Assembly: GCA_003427395.1 (NCBI GenBank)
Contig: BFEA01000001.1
Coordinates: 1,482,716-1,546,715, forward strand
Reading direction: 5' to 3'
Source of the DNA: Chara braunii
Taxonomy: Eukaryota; Plantae; Charophyceae
DNA length: 64,000 nt
Each line of letters begins with the position of its first letter. Position 1 is the first letter of the stretch. Below, piece by piece: positions 36,901-50,300 of this stretch. Position numbers and translations under genes: made by a program. Under the pieces are notes generated by a model. That model saw nothing but the letters and a program-made list of their open reading frames with translations, was not told where the DNA came from and did not search any database.

Positions 36901-39483
36901 CGGGCCCCCCTATATCAAGTTAGTACCTCCCTCGTAATCTGTGCAGCCAGGACAAGTGGTATCAGCGGCAGCTGGACCCCAGGCCCTGAACAGGTAGTAA
37001 ACAAAGTTGATTACTAAGTCCGGTACCCAATCATTCATGTCATCAGGCACGCTAACCCAACTAGGCCAAGTACCGTGCCATTGAATGCCTGTGCAGATCC
37101 ACAATAAATATATATGTCCGTGACGGTACCAAATTGCAGCAACTTGCACCGCCGCTGCGCCAGTCCGGAAAGGATGAGAATAGGGATTGAACAGCAACGT
37201 GTCGAACCAGTACCGATCCTGAAATAACAGTCTTGAACTGCAGCAGCCTGTACCGTTACCATACCAATGTCGAACCAGAGACCATGCCAGTCCAATGCCG
37301 AATACCGTACTGAGCANCAGGTNTCNCGTACCAGTACCGTATAAGCGCCCAACCAGTGAGTGTACCAAAGCAAAAGTACCAAACCTCGAACCAAGTGTCG
37401 TGCCAAACAGCACAAGTGTCGTGCTTGAGCCGCACCAATCGTACCCAAAGTAATAGCACCGAAAAATCGCAGGTTTTACCAATCATCTCAACATTGAACT
37501 GCGGTGGCATGTACTAACGCTGTCCCAACGACCGTACCGTACCTGTTCCAAACCAGTGTCCCCTGTTTGTTCCAGACCATCGTCCACGCCAAAATTGTAG
37601 TGTTGCTTAGCAGCAACGACCGCACCACATCAACCATGCCGCCACAACCAGAAAACTGGTCCAACTGACCCACCAACCAATGTTATCAATGTTCACGGGA
37701 ATCTAGGAAGATACAAGCCTCGCTCACTCAATACCGCCCGGTTTATAATGAGGGTAACAATCAGAAAAATCGGGTAAAATCCTGCCAAGGATTATAAATA
37801 ACGAAAATCCGTTTAAATCGATGAAGGGGGATAAATATAAAATTCTTGGCTAAAATTAATCAAGAGCAAAATTTTGTGAAAATTAGTCAAATAATAAAAT
37901 AATCATCCTTTCCCTTCCCCTTTTAACATTTTTAATTATTTTACTCATTTTTAATTTCTTTATTAGATTAAATCATACTTGCGGCGCATCACGTGCGCGC
38001 CCAACGCGCACGTGCGGCGCAAAGCGCACACGCATGCGTGCGAGCGCACGTGGTGCGCCGCACCCCTTATAATAGGGGTGGGAAAAAAAAATCGGGAGTG
38101 GTAGGGTTGGATGGTACACCCGTTCCCTTAACTCGGAAAAATAGGATTCCACGAGAAAAACAAAAATTGGGGCCGCGCACTACAGCAGCCCCCAAAGATG
38201 TGTTATGTGTCCCGTGGCTGAAAATGGATTCAAGATCAGCCTGGCTCCACTGCACAAAGAGTCTACAATGCTCCACATGTATCTGGACCTGTTAATGCCC
38301 CCAATACATTCCGAATGTCACGTGTTGAGTAATGGAGCGTGGCTCCGTTTTTGCACAATGGATACTCCTGACAACATCTCTTTTCTTTTTTCCCTAGTAA
38401 TAGGCAGGACAACGTTAACTTTGAGGCCCTACTGACACTACGTTGCTCCATTACTCATCAATTATGCAAAATGAGAATGAATCTTTCGCTAGAACATGGA
38501 AATATACACCACAATAATTATTGTTTTCGTGCATGTGGTGAGTAGTGAAGCTAAGACCCTTCTAGACTCAGCTACGGACGTGGTTCCAGGCATCATTGTC
38601 GTTAGATACATCCAGAAAAGTCCTAGTGTAGTAGGAGATATGAGATACCCCCCTCTCTCGGTCTTTTTTTTGCTTTTTTTGCTTTTGTTTTTCCAGACGT
38701 ACAGAGTTGGCTTTTGCCGTTCTCCTGACATTGCCAATGATGACTGTATGCGACCTGATAATAGGGCAGGATACATTCGGGGCAACACTGCCATAGAGGG
38801 CGAGAACTTGGTTGGAGGGCGGGAACTTGGATCCAGGGCAGCGTTGTCTCCTCGAAACGGCTGATCATCATGAATGTATCCGACATGGCAATTAGAAGGA
38901 TACATTCGAGGGCAACGCTGCCCTCGATCAAAGTTCACGAACACAGCGAAGTAGTGTCGTGCACTATACACCCACACACACAAAATAAAAAAAGAAGGCA
39001 CGCGCACCAGCGGCGCACCAGCGAAGTAGCGCCCTGCACGGTGCGCTGCACCTGTACGCGTTTTGTGCGCGGTGTGAGCACGTGCGCTCGCATCTTAGAT
39101 CCGCGCATGGCGCACCGCACTGGTGCGCTGCAAGTATGGATTAAATGGAAATTGAGGGCTCCTTTTCATGTCAATTGGTCAGCGCAGAAAGTACCGCGCG
39201 AAGGGTTACTAACACACCCTTGCGCCATGACCTTCGGTCTTAGAGATAGCCCCTTAACAGATGAAATCGGTAGGTGTCAGGCGAGGCAAGGGTAGTCGTC
39301 CACCTTATTAATCCCAAAGGTTTGTTTCCGCAGTCGATGCAGGGGATTTTATAGTTCCTATAAGGACCCCTAATTTTCCCGAACAACTTCGACAAGAGTG
39401 GTCGTCAAATCTTTACCGGTCGTTCGATTGAGGGATGAATCCCCTCTACGTCGGGTGGCCGACCGGTCTGCGGCCGCCCGACA
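33996..39483 (-). repeat. 5' LTR of the giant-LTR element (~4.3 kb net of the hAT insert)
   Basis: TG...CA ends, adjacent to the PBS at one end and the TSD at the other. The ends are homologous to 6798 and 22742. Confidence 0.75.
37974..39138. mobile_element. Non-autonomous hAT element (1165 bp)
   Basis: TIR CATACTTGCGGCGCATCA / TGGTGCGCTGCAAGTATG. Perfect 8-bp TSD GATTAAAT (37966-37973 / 39139-39146). GCGCAC subterminal repeats. Confidence 0.9.
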
Positions 39484-39487
39484 CCGT

Positions 39488-40339
39488 GACCCGCGCTTTA
39501 CCAGCACATTCTGGCGACACCTACACGAGGTGTATGGATCCGCGGATTTCCTACGACCATCGCCGTTGCGACCAAACACTCATTGTCCTACGCTTGACGA
39601 CTGGATTGCCCACATGGTGGCGATTATGAAGCGGGCACACGAGAGTCTAACCGACTCTCAGACTCGCATGACCCCTCGAGCGAACCGCTCACGAATGGAT
39701 CATCCATTCGAAGTCGGTGACGATGTGCTCGTCGACGCACGCCACTTGAAGTTCGAAGCAGATACGCTTCGCAAGTTCAGGCGTCCCTTCTTCGGTCCAT
39801 GCCGCATCCTTCAGGTCGTCGGTTTTGATACTGCCGCTAGTCCGGTCAACTTCCCTCTGAAGCTACCTGATTACCTTCGACAGACTCGCGTACAGGATGT
39901 TTACCACCCCTCCTTGCTGTGTCCTTATCGCAGACCGTCCGAGCGCTTCGCCGAACGTCCTTATGAGCACCCTCCACCTATCATGGCGGACAATCACGAG
40001 GAGTTCGTCGTTTCTGGCATCTTATCTCACGAAGTTACCGACGATACCCCTCCAGGCATCGAGTACCTTGTGCGTTGGAAGGGCTATCATGATGAGGAGG
40101 CTACTTGGGAGCCACTCGAGCAGTTGGAGCATGCCGCGATGATGGTGCGTGCATATGACCGTGCTCGTCGTGCTGAGACATCAGCTCCTACTCAGCCGAC
40201 TGGCCCTCTTCCCCCTCCTCCAGCTAAGGAGATCGCTGAGGACGAGTCTGCTCCCACTGAGGCCGTTCTTCAGCAGCAGACGAACACCTTCACGTGTCCA
40301 CAACGCAATCGTCGACACCTTAGGCGTCTTGACGACTAA
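39488..40339 (+). pseudogene. pol: Gypsy-1 integrase C-terminus (internal deletion), GPF motif and chromodomain
   Basis: DPRFTSTFW, FFGPCRI, VYHPSLL, and EFVVSGILSH...EYLVRWKGYHDEEATWEP. The segment carrying the catalytic E is missing near 39540. Confidence 0.92.
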
Positions 40340-41674
40340 CACTCTGATCACCTATTCGGCTATTTGCCTGTTCGACGACTCACACCTGCAGGTACTCCTT
40401 CATCAGCTTCTTGAAGTTCACAGGGTTTTGCGGATTTGCTTTGACATCGACTAGACTTCTACTTTATCGACGTCATCGACCACGTCGACGACTTCAGCTA
40501 CCTTCTCGACTTCAGCCATCTTATCGGCTTCAACTACTTCGGACGTGACTACTTCACGCCACCACCCTACCCTCTATATTCCCTTGCATGTGTCGCATGA
40601 TGGTTCTCACTTAGCTGGGTCTCTGAGTTGGGCTCTCCCTTGGTATCACATAGGCATTGGGACCATAGTGTTATCTTGGCTTTCCTCCTCCCAGATCTAG
40701 ATCCCTCCCCCAGTCGGTGGGTTGTGTGCATGTTTCCCTAACCCACTGCATTCCGCATCACCCTAGTGTCCACCATTGCATGCCTTCAGTTAGGCATATG
40801 TCCACCCTCTTCCAGGCTCCCGTTTCATGGTCGACCCCGCTTGGTGTCACCCTTTCGTCGAGCATTACCTGTCTTGATGGTATATATGTTAGGGTAATTG
40901 GTTTTGCTTCGCTACCACTCCCTCACCCTGAGCTTGATGCCCTATACCACCTTCGTGTGTGACTACCCTTAGGAGTTTCGATTCTCAGGCTGCATTCACC
41001 ACCTCTGAGACCATCCCAATCGTAGTGGTTTAGCGACATGCCATTACTTGTGACATATTGCTCTTTCCCTTTCAGCATTGAGGCAATTGTCTCCAGGACT
41101 TTAGGATTGTATCATGCTACATTTCATTTTTTGTTGTTAGTTAGGATGTGTATGCCAGACATTTGCTTTCATTTGTCATTATGTAGCTTAGGCTGCATCG
41201 CATCGATTCCGGATCCTAGATTTCTCGTCTTTCTTTATTGTCGAGTTCCGTTGCTTTTGCGGATAGCGTGTTTATGACTCTTGTGATCCATTACAGGTCT
41301 CCTCATTGTGCAACAGGCCTCTGTCTCCCCTGGCCTACAACCAAGGCCTATTCGCTATTTGCCTGTTCGGCCTGTGGGACCAGGCCGTGTCCTGACCCCA
41401 CAGGCCGTGTGTTGTTCCAGCCCAATCCAGTCCTGCCCGGTGCCATTAACCGTACCGAGCTAGTCCAGTCTAGTCCAATCAGTCCGTTGGGGGTATACCC
41501 CAGTTGTTGTCTGTTTTTCGGATCATTCTTCATTCTGCATTTTTGGAGTACGTGCGTGTTAAGTCTGCGTCGAAGTTGCGCTGTCGCTTCCAACTCCATC
41601 TCTATGTCCTCCCCCTCAACCGTTCGTCTTGATCTTGATGGACCGCCATCCCGGCGGGTCCATAACAACGCAAC

Positions 41675-43830
41675 ATGGTCATGATAGTCACTCCAAATAG
41701 GGCATACGTATGCTATCTCATCACCCTGAACAACCTTAAATGCAGAAAAGGAGTGGTGACCGTCACCAACTGGAAACCCAGACGGGCACTGCAGCCCGAT
41801 GCTTCAAGACACAGACAAACCATGTTGTGGAACCACTTCTTGATCTCGTTTGTAGAAGGTCTGCACAACTTCGTGGAGCATAGAGTGGTAAAAGCCTATC
41901 CAAACAATCATGTCATTGAATGGCTGGCCTCAGGCCATGAATTCTTGGCCCCTAACAATGACTCCAGAATAGCATGTCTTGAAGTCCCCTTAGACAGTCC
42001 ACCGCAGTTCCCAAACATCTGGTTGTACCAAAAATCGAACGCACAGAAACTGACAATTTTCCCCTCCACCAAATCCAACCCACACTGCTTCAAATGCAGA
42101 GGAAAAGGCCACCTCTTGGCCCCTAACAATGACTTCAGAATAACATGTCTTGAAGTCCCCTCAAACATTCCATCGCAGTTCCCAAACATCTGGTTGTTCC
42201 AAAAATCGAATGGACAGAAACTGGCAGTTTTCCTCTCCACCAAATCCAACCCACGCTGCTCCAAATGCAGAGGAAAAGGCCACCTGGGCACTGATAGGAA
42301 CTGCCCTCTCAATAGGGACAAAGCAGGGAAACCATGCCAAAACCAAGCCAAGCTGGTCGAATGTGAAACAAAGGCAGGGTTGTGGTTCGTCGATGATCCC
42401 ACCTACAGAGGATGGGTATTCGACGACAGATTGGACGACCCAAATAGGTGTGGACGCTGTAGCGTGAGCCAACAGTCCAACCTGACATATATCCACCTCA
42501 CGATAGTCAATGGCAGACAAGGGGGCAAGGAAAATTGAAGACAACGAAGGGGAAGTTCTGAAAAAATAAAATTTGGACACACAGGGGATTATGGAAGACA
42601 ACCACATGAAAGATATCGCGAAAGAGTTGTTCAAAATGGGCAGCTCAACAAAAAACCTTACTTTGAAAATCTACAGGCAAAAGGGAAGATCCTACAATCA
42701 ACCAAAACTTAGAAACCCTCACAGGATGCCAATGAATACCAAAAACCTCAAACAGACAACACAACGAACGACTCAAAAGGCTCAAAAGGAAAGGTAACCA
42801 ATCCACCCCAATCTCGCATGCGCACAGCACAACAAAAGTCAAAAGCAGCAGGTCCAAAGGACCTCACTCAACAGTAGATGAGATGGAAGCGAATATAATT
42901 GAGAGCCTGGAGGGTCAACCGGATGAGGAAGGAAAAGACTCCGCCAACAAAGCGAAAAAACAGCAAGGGATTGAGGAAGGTTGCAACAAGGACGGAGCAG
43001 AAACGATAGACGAAGGAGATGATACAAATATTCCAAAAGGAAGAGGCGAGCAAGGAGACGAAGAAGGGGATGAGGAAGAAAACGACGAGCGGGCTGACGA
43101 CAACATGTCTCAGGACTCGGCAGGGAAAGAGTCACATATAGGGAAGGACCAAGATACAACTGGGAGAACATATGAAGATGATCAGGATGACACTCTTACT
43201 TGGTTGTTTGCATATGTCAAGAGATTGGAAAGGGAAAGGGAGATTGAATTTGAAATCAGAATTGCTCACAAAAAGCATAATTCAATTAGAACTTCAGCCC
43301 GATACGACAAACATTGAACAACTTGTTTCCCACGTACAATCAATACAAAATCTTGGAAAAAGAACAATAATTGTTAGATTTTTCGTTGAACGCTATGGCG
43401 CCAAATTGGAAGAGGCAGCAAACCAAGGAAGCCACATATCGAATAGCTACATCTGGCCCAGATCCTCCAACAGCACAGACTCCCCAAAGTCGAGCAAAAG
43501 TCTCACAGGGGGAAGAGGGAACGCACAATTGACGCCAACGACAAGCCCCCAAGACAAGGATTCTAAGGAGGATGGAGAGGAAATGCACCTAAATGAGAAA
43601 GAAGACCTGGACAGACAAAAGAAAACCTCAAGGCACAAATCACAATGCTAAAGGATCAGAACAACGAAACAACAGATGTGGCAGTCAATCTCCAAAAGTT
43701 GGCTATAGGCCAGAACGCAGAAACTTTCACAACAGCCAAGCCCGAAGTCAAAGGAGGGTGCAAGAAAAGGGCAATAATCTAGTACAGATGGAACACAGAG
43801 CACGGGGATTGGGAAGTAGCAGTCAATAAA
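41675..43830 (+). pseudogene. LINE ORF1 (gag-like, CX2CX4H knuckle duplicated; acidic low-complexity tail)
   Basis: CFKCRGKGHL and CSKCRGKGHLGTDRNC; D/E/K-rich fragments at 42883-43651. Confidence 0.65.
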
Positions 43831-44334
43831 TCATAGCCCCTCATTGCACTAACCAAACCGAGAAAAAAAAAAAACCTCGTAAACCAACATCTCAAATTAT
43901 GTTCCCCTGAGCGTGCACATTCAGTGATTGTGGGAGGAATGGAGGAATGAGTGGATTGGCACAACAGGGGACATGATGATCAGTGATGTCAGACCCTATA
44001 TGGTCCAGTACTCTATGTAGGCGGAGATCAGAGATCACCTCACATGAAAACCATGGAAGGTAGTCCAAGCGATCCCCCAGGGCCTCTAAGGTGGAGAAAT
44101 CCCACAAGAAGAAGCAGCGACATCACTAATGGAGGGGCATGGACACTTCACCGACAGAGAAGAGCACCTGGCCCAGGCTTTGGGGATGAGTGCCCGGGTG
44201 GTCGAAATCCACAACTCCGAACCTTTTGGATCCACCCCCTACTAAATCAACATGACAAAGATGTAAGGTTGTTCCCACAACAACCTTCCATGTTATCACC
44301 AAACCACGTAACTCGAACTGCACAACCAGGTCGC

Positions 44335-47300
44335 TGCAGGGCCTAACCCCGTTAGACTTTTGAGCCTGCGTCGACCCCACTGCGGGTCCCAGTTGGCTCG
44401 ACCCGCCCACATTCAGTCTCACGGCGCGGGCCATTCATCCCGGGGTCACCCGCACCTTGTGCTTTGAGATGGATGAGGGTGGGCCATCGAGCGAGAGACC
44501 TTTGACATTGGGGATGTACCTCAACCCTCACGCCGGGTGATAGTCTCGCTGGTCATTTCGCAAGCGTAAGTTTTATGGTTCTTGGTTGTGTTATCAGACA
44601 AGGCTCCTTTCAATACTCGAGCACTCCAAGGGGGGGGGGGGTTCCTTGAGAAATTTTCTTCTTTTGTGCGTAGGCTAAGCGTCATCCTTAGGCCATGCAC
44701 CTTTTCCCTAAAGCAACAGTCTTGTGGCATCATCGGGGCGTTGCGGCGCCGTCTTCCCCCTCCGCCTCCGCACATTTCCATGTCCCACACATTCCATCCA
44801 TTGTTGCTGGTGAACGTCCCTTAGTCTTTTGGGGGCCTTCTTACGCATGCAAAGGCTACTTCACACTTCAATCAATCAAGACCTCGTTCGTTGCTCATCC
44901 ACACACAAAGCTTCATTCACCAAGACCCATTCACTGATAGAGTTTACACTAAGGCCCATAGCCTTTTGCTCATCCTTTTTTCTCCCCTTTGCTGGCATAT
45001 CCCTGACCCAATCCCACTCAAGTCACCTGCACAATCAGCACAAATGCAAAGGCCAATACAATCCCCCATTGGGGTCAACACATAGCCCTTCCCACATGCC
45101 TATCTTTCTTTCTTTGCTCTTGGCTTACTTCCCATCTCTTTTTCCATACTCAACCAATTCATCCTCTTCTCATAGTCATGCAGTCTGGGTTTTGGTTGAG
45201 TCGCCTCATCTGTCTCTTTGTCAACGATTCCTTCCTTTAGCCCCCTTTGGACTTGGTCCGATTTCCAATTTTTAGCGTTTGTGCGCTCACCGCTTCTCAA
45301 ATACCATTTTCCTTCTTGGTGGCACAAGGGACCGACAATCCTTTCCTTGCCCTCTTCCTCCACCAATTGAGGTTAACTTCCTTTCACCGTTCATCCCCTT
45401 ACAATGTAACAAGTGAGAGGGGAGAGGTTAGTCGTATGCCAAGCGGGGAGGGAAACAGGTTTAGACTTAGATTATGGGAGAGGTACACGGAAGAAGGCCA
45501 ATGACAAAATAAAGGAACGGAGGTGAGAGAGAGAGAGAGAGAGNNNNNNNNNNNNNNNNNNNNNNNNNNNNNNTCCCTAATCCTAATCAAGCCTTATCCT
45601 TACTTGACCCACTGCCCCCCGTTCAAGATTTGAACCGGTACATCACCAAGTGAAGGAAGAACTGAACGACCCAACTTAGACTAACACATACACATGCGTG
45701 AAGCTAGGGGAGCAACTAGGAAGAACCGAAACATTCCCAAGTGAAGGAAGAATTGAACAGCCCAACTTAGACTAGAGCATCCACATGTGTGAAGCTTTCG
45801 AAGCAACTAGGGAAAAACGGCACATCACCAAGTGAAGGAAGCACTGAACAGCACACTTATACTAGAGCATGCACATGTGTGAAGCTATGGAAGCAACTAG
45901 GGAGAACCGGCACATTACCAAGTGAACGAAGAACTGAACATCCCATACAAGACTAGAGCATGCACATGTGTGAACCTTTGGAAGCAACTAGGGAAAAACG
46001 GCACATCACCAAGTGAAGGAAGAACTGAACAACACACTTAGACTAGAGCATGCACATGTGTAAAGCTAGGGAAGCAACTAAGAAGAACCGGCATATCACC
46101 AAGAAGGAAGAACTGAACCGCACAACTTAGACTGATACATGCACATGCGTGTAGCTATGGAAGCAACTAGGAAGAACCGGCATATCACCAAGTGAAGGAA
46201 GGACTAAACAACACAACTTAGACTAACACATACACATGTGTGAAGAAATGGAAGCAACTAAGAAGAACCGACATATCACCAAGTGAAGGAAGAACTGAAC
46301 TGTACAACTTCGACTGATACATACACATGTGTGAAGTTATGGAAGCAACTAAGAAGAACCGACACATCACCAAGTGGAGGAAGACCTGGATTGTACAACT
46401 TAGACTAGAGCATGCACATGTGTGAAGTTATAGAAGCAACTAGGAAAAACCGACACATCACCAAGTGAAGAAAGAACTGAACTTACACCAATGAGACTAC
46501 AACCTACACGTACATAAGCTATGAAGCAACTAAGAAAGCACCGCCACATCACCAAGTGAGGAAAAGACTGAACTTGCACCGATGAGACTACATCACACAC
46601 ATACATGAGCTATGGAGCAACTAGGAAAACACTGCCACATCACCAAGTGAGGAGAGACTGAACTTGCACCAATGAGACTACAATATACACATACCTGAGC
46701 TATGGAGCAACTAGGAAAGCACCGACACATCACAAGGTGAGAGAAGTACTGAGCTTGCACCAATGAGGCTACAACACACACACACGAGCTATGGAGCAAC
46801 TAGAAAGGCACTGCCACATCACCAAGTGAGGAGGGGCTGAACTTGCACCAATGAGACTTCAGTATACACATACATGAGATATGGAGCAACTAGGAAAGCA
46901 CCGATAAATCACACACCACCACATCACCAAGTGAGGAAAAGACTGAACCTGCACCGATGAGCCTACAACACACACATACATGAGCTATGGAGCAACTAGG
47001 AAAGCACCGGTACATCACAAAGTGAGAGAAGAACTGAACTTGCACCAATGAGACTACAGTACACACATACATGAGCTATGNGAAAGCACCGGTACATCAC
47101 AAAGTGAGAGAAGAACTGAACTTGCACCAATGAGACTACAGTACACACATACATGAGCTATGGAGCAACTAGGAAGGAACCGCCACATCGCCAAGTGAGG
47201 AGAGACTGAACTTGCACTGATGAGCCTACAACACACANAGGAAGGAACCGCCACATCGCCAAGTGAGGAGAGACTGAACTTGCACTGATGAGCCTACAAC

Positions 47301-50300
47301 ACACACATACATGAGCTATGGAGCAACTAGGAAAACACTGGTACATCACAAAGTGAGAGAAGAAATGAATACAATACACACATACATGAGCTATGGAGCA
47401 ACTAGGAAGGAACTGCCACATCACAAAATGAGGGAAAGACTGAACTTGCACCAAAGAACCTACAACACATACATTCATGAGTTATGGAGCAACTAGGAAG
47501 GAATCGCCATATCACAAAATGAGGGAAAGACTGAACTGAACTTGCACCAAAGAACCTACAACACATACATTCATGAGCTATGAAGCAACTAGGAAGGAAC
47601 CGCCATATCACAAAATGAGGGAAGGACTGAACTTGCACCAAAGAACCTACAACACATACATTCAAGAGCTATGGAGTAACTAGGAAGGAACCGCCACATC
47701 ACCAAATGAGGAGAGACTGAACTTACACCACTGAGACTACAGTATACACATACATGAGCTATGGAGCAACTAGGAAAGCACCAGTACATCACAAAGTAAG
47801 AGAAAGACCGAACTTGCACAATGAGACTACAACATACACGTACATGAGATATGGAGCAACTAAGAAAACACCGGTTCATCACAAGGTGAGAGAAGGACTG
47901 AACTTGCACCAATGAGACTGCAATACACACATACATGAGCTATGGAGCAACTAGGAAAGCACCGCCACATCACCAAGTGAGAAAAGACTAAACTTGCACC
48001 AATGAGACTATAACACACACACATGAGCTATGGAGCAACTAGGAGGGAACCGAAGCATCACCAAATGAGAAGCAGACTGGACTGGCACCAAAGAGGCTAC
48101 ATCACAAACACACATGAACCATGGAACAACTAGGAAGGAACCGCCACATCACCAAATGAGGTAAGGGAGCTGCAGGTGGGTGAGACCTGCTCAAACACCT
48201 GTGTAGCTCTCATGGAAGCATCCAGTCTTGAATCGGATCATTACAGGGTGGAATGGACAATGTGGGAGGCCGGGATCACCAAAGTGTCTCTACGAGTGAA
48301 AGTCAAGTTAACGATTTACCCCCAAGTGGGGGGAGAGGTAGATCTTGAGGTGAGAGTGAGTACATCCCTCTCTTACGTTAGGGAAGTCATAGTCCAAAGT
48401 GGCGATTTGCCAGGTAGTGAAAGAAATATCCATAAAGGAGAAACTACCAATGAGGCACTACTTATCTCCCCTGAAGAAGGACCAGAAAATGATCGAGGAA
48501 GGAGGAGGAGAGGATGGGATGAAGAGTAAGTAATAAAGGGAAAAAAAAAAAAAAAAAAAAGAAGGAGAAGAGGAAGAAGAAGAAGGAGAAGAAGAAGAAG
48601 AGGAAGAAGGAGAAGAGGAGAAAGAAGAGGAAGACAAAGAAGAAAAGGAAGACGAAGAAGACGAAGAAAAAGGAGGAGAAGGAGGAGCCCCTCCTTGTTC
48701 CCATTCACCTCTCATCTCTTTCTTTGGTGTTTGAAGACCAGTCTTGATGAAGCTCCTCCTTTCTTGCTTGGTTATAACCCTCTTCCCCCTCAAGCCCTCA
48801 TCTCCTTCCTTTCACAGTTTTTCCCTGGCTATGGCAGGCTCCCAATCCCAAGGCTATGGAGTCCTCCCCTCTAGGAGGGCTGAATGTGTTCCTCCAAACC
48901 TCCCTCTCTCTCCCACAGCCTGGGGGCTATGGCGGATCATCCCCTTGAGTCTCCACTACTCAATTTAGCTCCAATGGCAGCTCCTACTAGCTCACAACCT
49001 CCTCCAAGGCTCCCAACTAGGAGCGGTTCCCTTCCTCTCGCTCCAAGTGAGTAGAGTGCTCCTATGAGTTCACTTGGGCAGCATGGGCATATCTCATGGA
49101 AATGTGAGTGTGGCGGACTGCTCCCTCAGCTTATGTAGGCTAAGACCGGAGTACCGGCCAACCCATGAGCCTCCCCATGTACCTCTAAGTGAACCGAGGT
49201 ACCCCCAAGGCAAAATCCCACCACTAGGCGTCTCCGGGGGTACCTGACCTCATTTTGGCCAGGTACATGCGGTTTGAGTGGTTGGTACCAACTCGGATTG
49301 CCTCTTGGCCTCCTGCAGCCTCCTTTTTCTTTTTCAAATGTTACCCTCTTGAGTCCAAATGCCCAAGGGGCAACCTCACTTAAAAGAAAGGCCTTTTTCT
49401 CGAATTTTGTTATTCCTACCCCAATTTCGGTAAACCGAGATATTTTCGCATGCCTCGGAGCAATCTCAGCATTGGATTTTGCTGAGATCCAAGACCAGTA
49501 TTATCCTGTGTTACCCCCAAGTGGTCCTTGCTTCAATTTTGAGCCCCTATGCTCACTTTTTCAGTTTTTGGTACATCGGGCTTTTTTTTTGGGCCAAACG
49601 CACAGTTTCGATTTTTCCCTTCTTTTGTTTCTTTCCATTTTGGGTTGCCAACTCATTCCGGAGTTGGTCGTTTGAGCTGACCCCACAAAAAATGGCCATA
49701 TGCTCTCAACCATGAGATCTGATCTCAGATCTATGGCTCATAAAGAAAACGACCAATTCCTTTTTGCATTTTTGCTCAATTTTGCTCTTTTTAATTCAGA
49801 TATTGTTGAGATAATGTCCTTGGGGCATTATCTCTGCAATCCGGATTGCCCTCCACAAAACCTGGAGGGATGAGGTCACAGTAGGGCTGCCAGTCCCTAT
49901 TGTGCCAGTCCCAACTGACCGACACATTCTCCTCCACCCTTTTCTCCCCTTAGGTCTCATCCACCCTCTTTTTTCTCTCATTTTTCTCCTCTTTTTCTTT
50001 TATTTCTATTGTGCCAAGTGTCAAACTGTTGTGCATCCTCTTTCTAGGCCTTAGGGCCTCATTCAAGGTCAGATTCATGGAGCCCCCATGCTCATGGGGG
50101 TTTCCGTTTGCCTCCGTTTTCTCATTTTTAGCCCCCTTGTGTTCCGATTTTTCCTTGGCAACTTATTTTCTGCATAGAGCCCATTGAGGGTCTATTTCCT
50201 TGTGCCTTGCTAGTCCGAGATATCTCGGACTGCTGGGCAGCCCCTCCACCCGTTTTCTCTCATTTTTGCCTCCTAGCACTCTCTCCTTAGGCTCTTTCAA

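Larger units (their letters stand above)
6798..39483 (-). mobile_element. Giant-LTR retroelement (Athila/Tat-like PBS, gag only, no pol), containing further nested TEs
   Basis: TG...CA termini with a CCGT TSD at 6794-6797 and 39484-39487. The host integrase is exactly continuous across the insert. Homologous LTR ends at 6798~33996 and 22742~39483. Confidence 0.8.
1..41660 (+). mobile_element. Gypsy-1: degenerate chromodomain Ty3/gypsy LTR retrotransposon (5' LTR outside window; heavily nested; 3' boundary approximate)
   Basis: gag, PR, RT, RH, INT and chromodomain occur in order on the + strand. The integrase reads SIISDR at 6780-6797 and resumes DPRFTSTFW at 39488. Confidence 0.85.

Noticed and set aside
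47215-47300. CTGATGAG in two satellite monomers as a hammerhead core
   Set aside because: No stem II or GAAA follows. Other monomers read CCAATGAG/CCGATGAG, and the two copies flank an N, so they are probably an assembly duplication.
45635-48160. CRISPR array or repeat-protein gene
   Set aside because: There are no unique spacers and no cas genes. The whole unit is repeated, the 90/91-bp lengths break frame, and the ORFs are artefacts.
48176-48529. 117-aa ORF after the satellite
   Set aside because: It has no ATG start and no recognisable motif, and it runs into a GAA tract.
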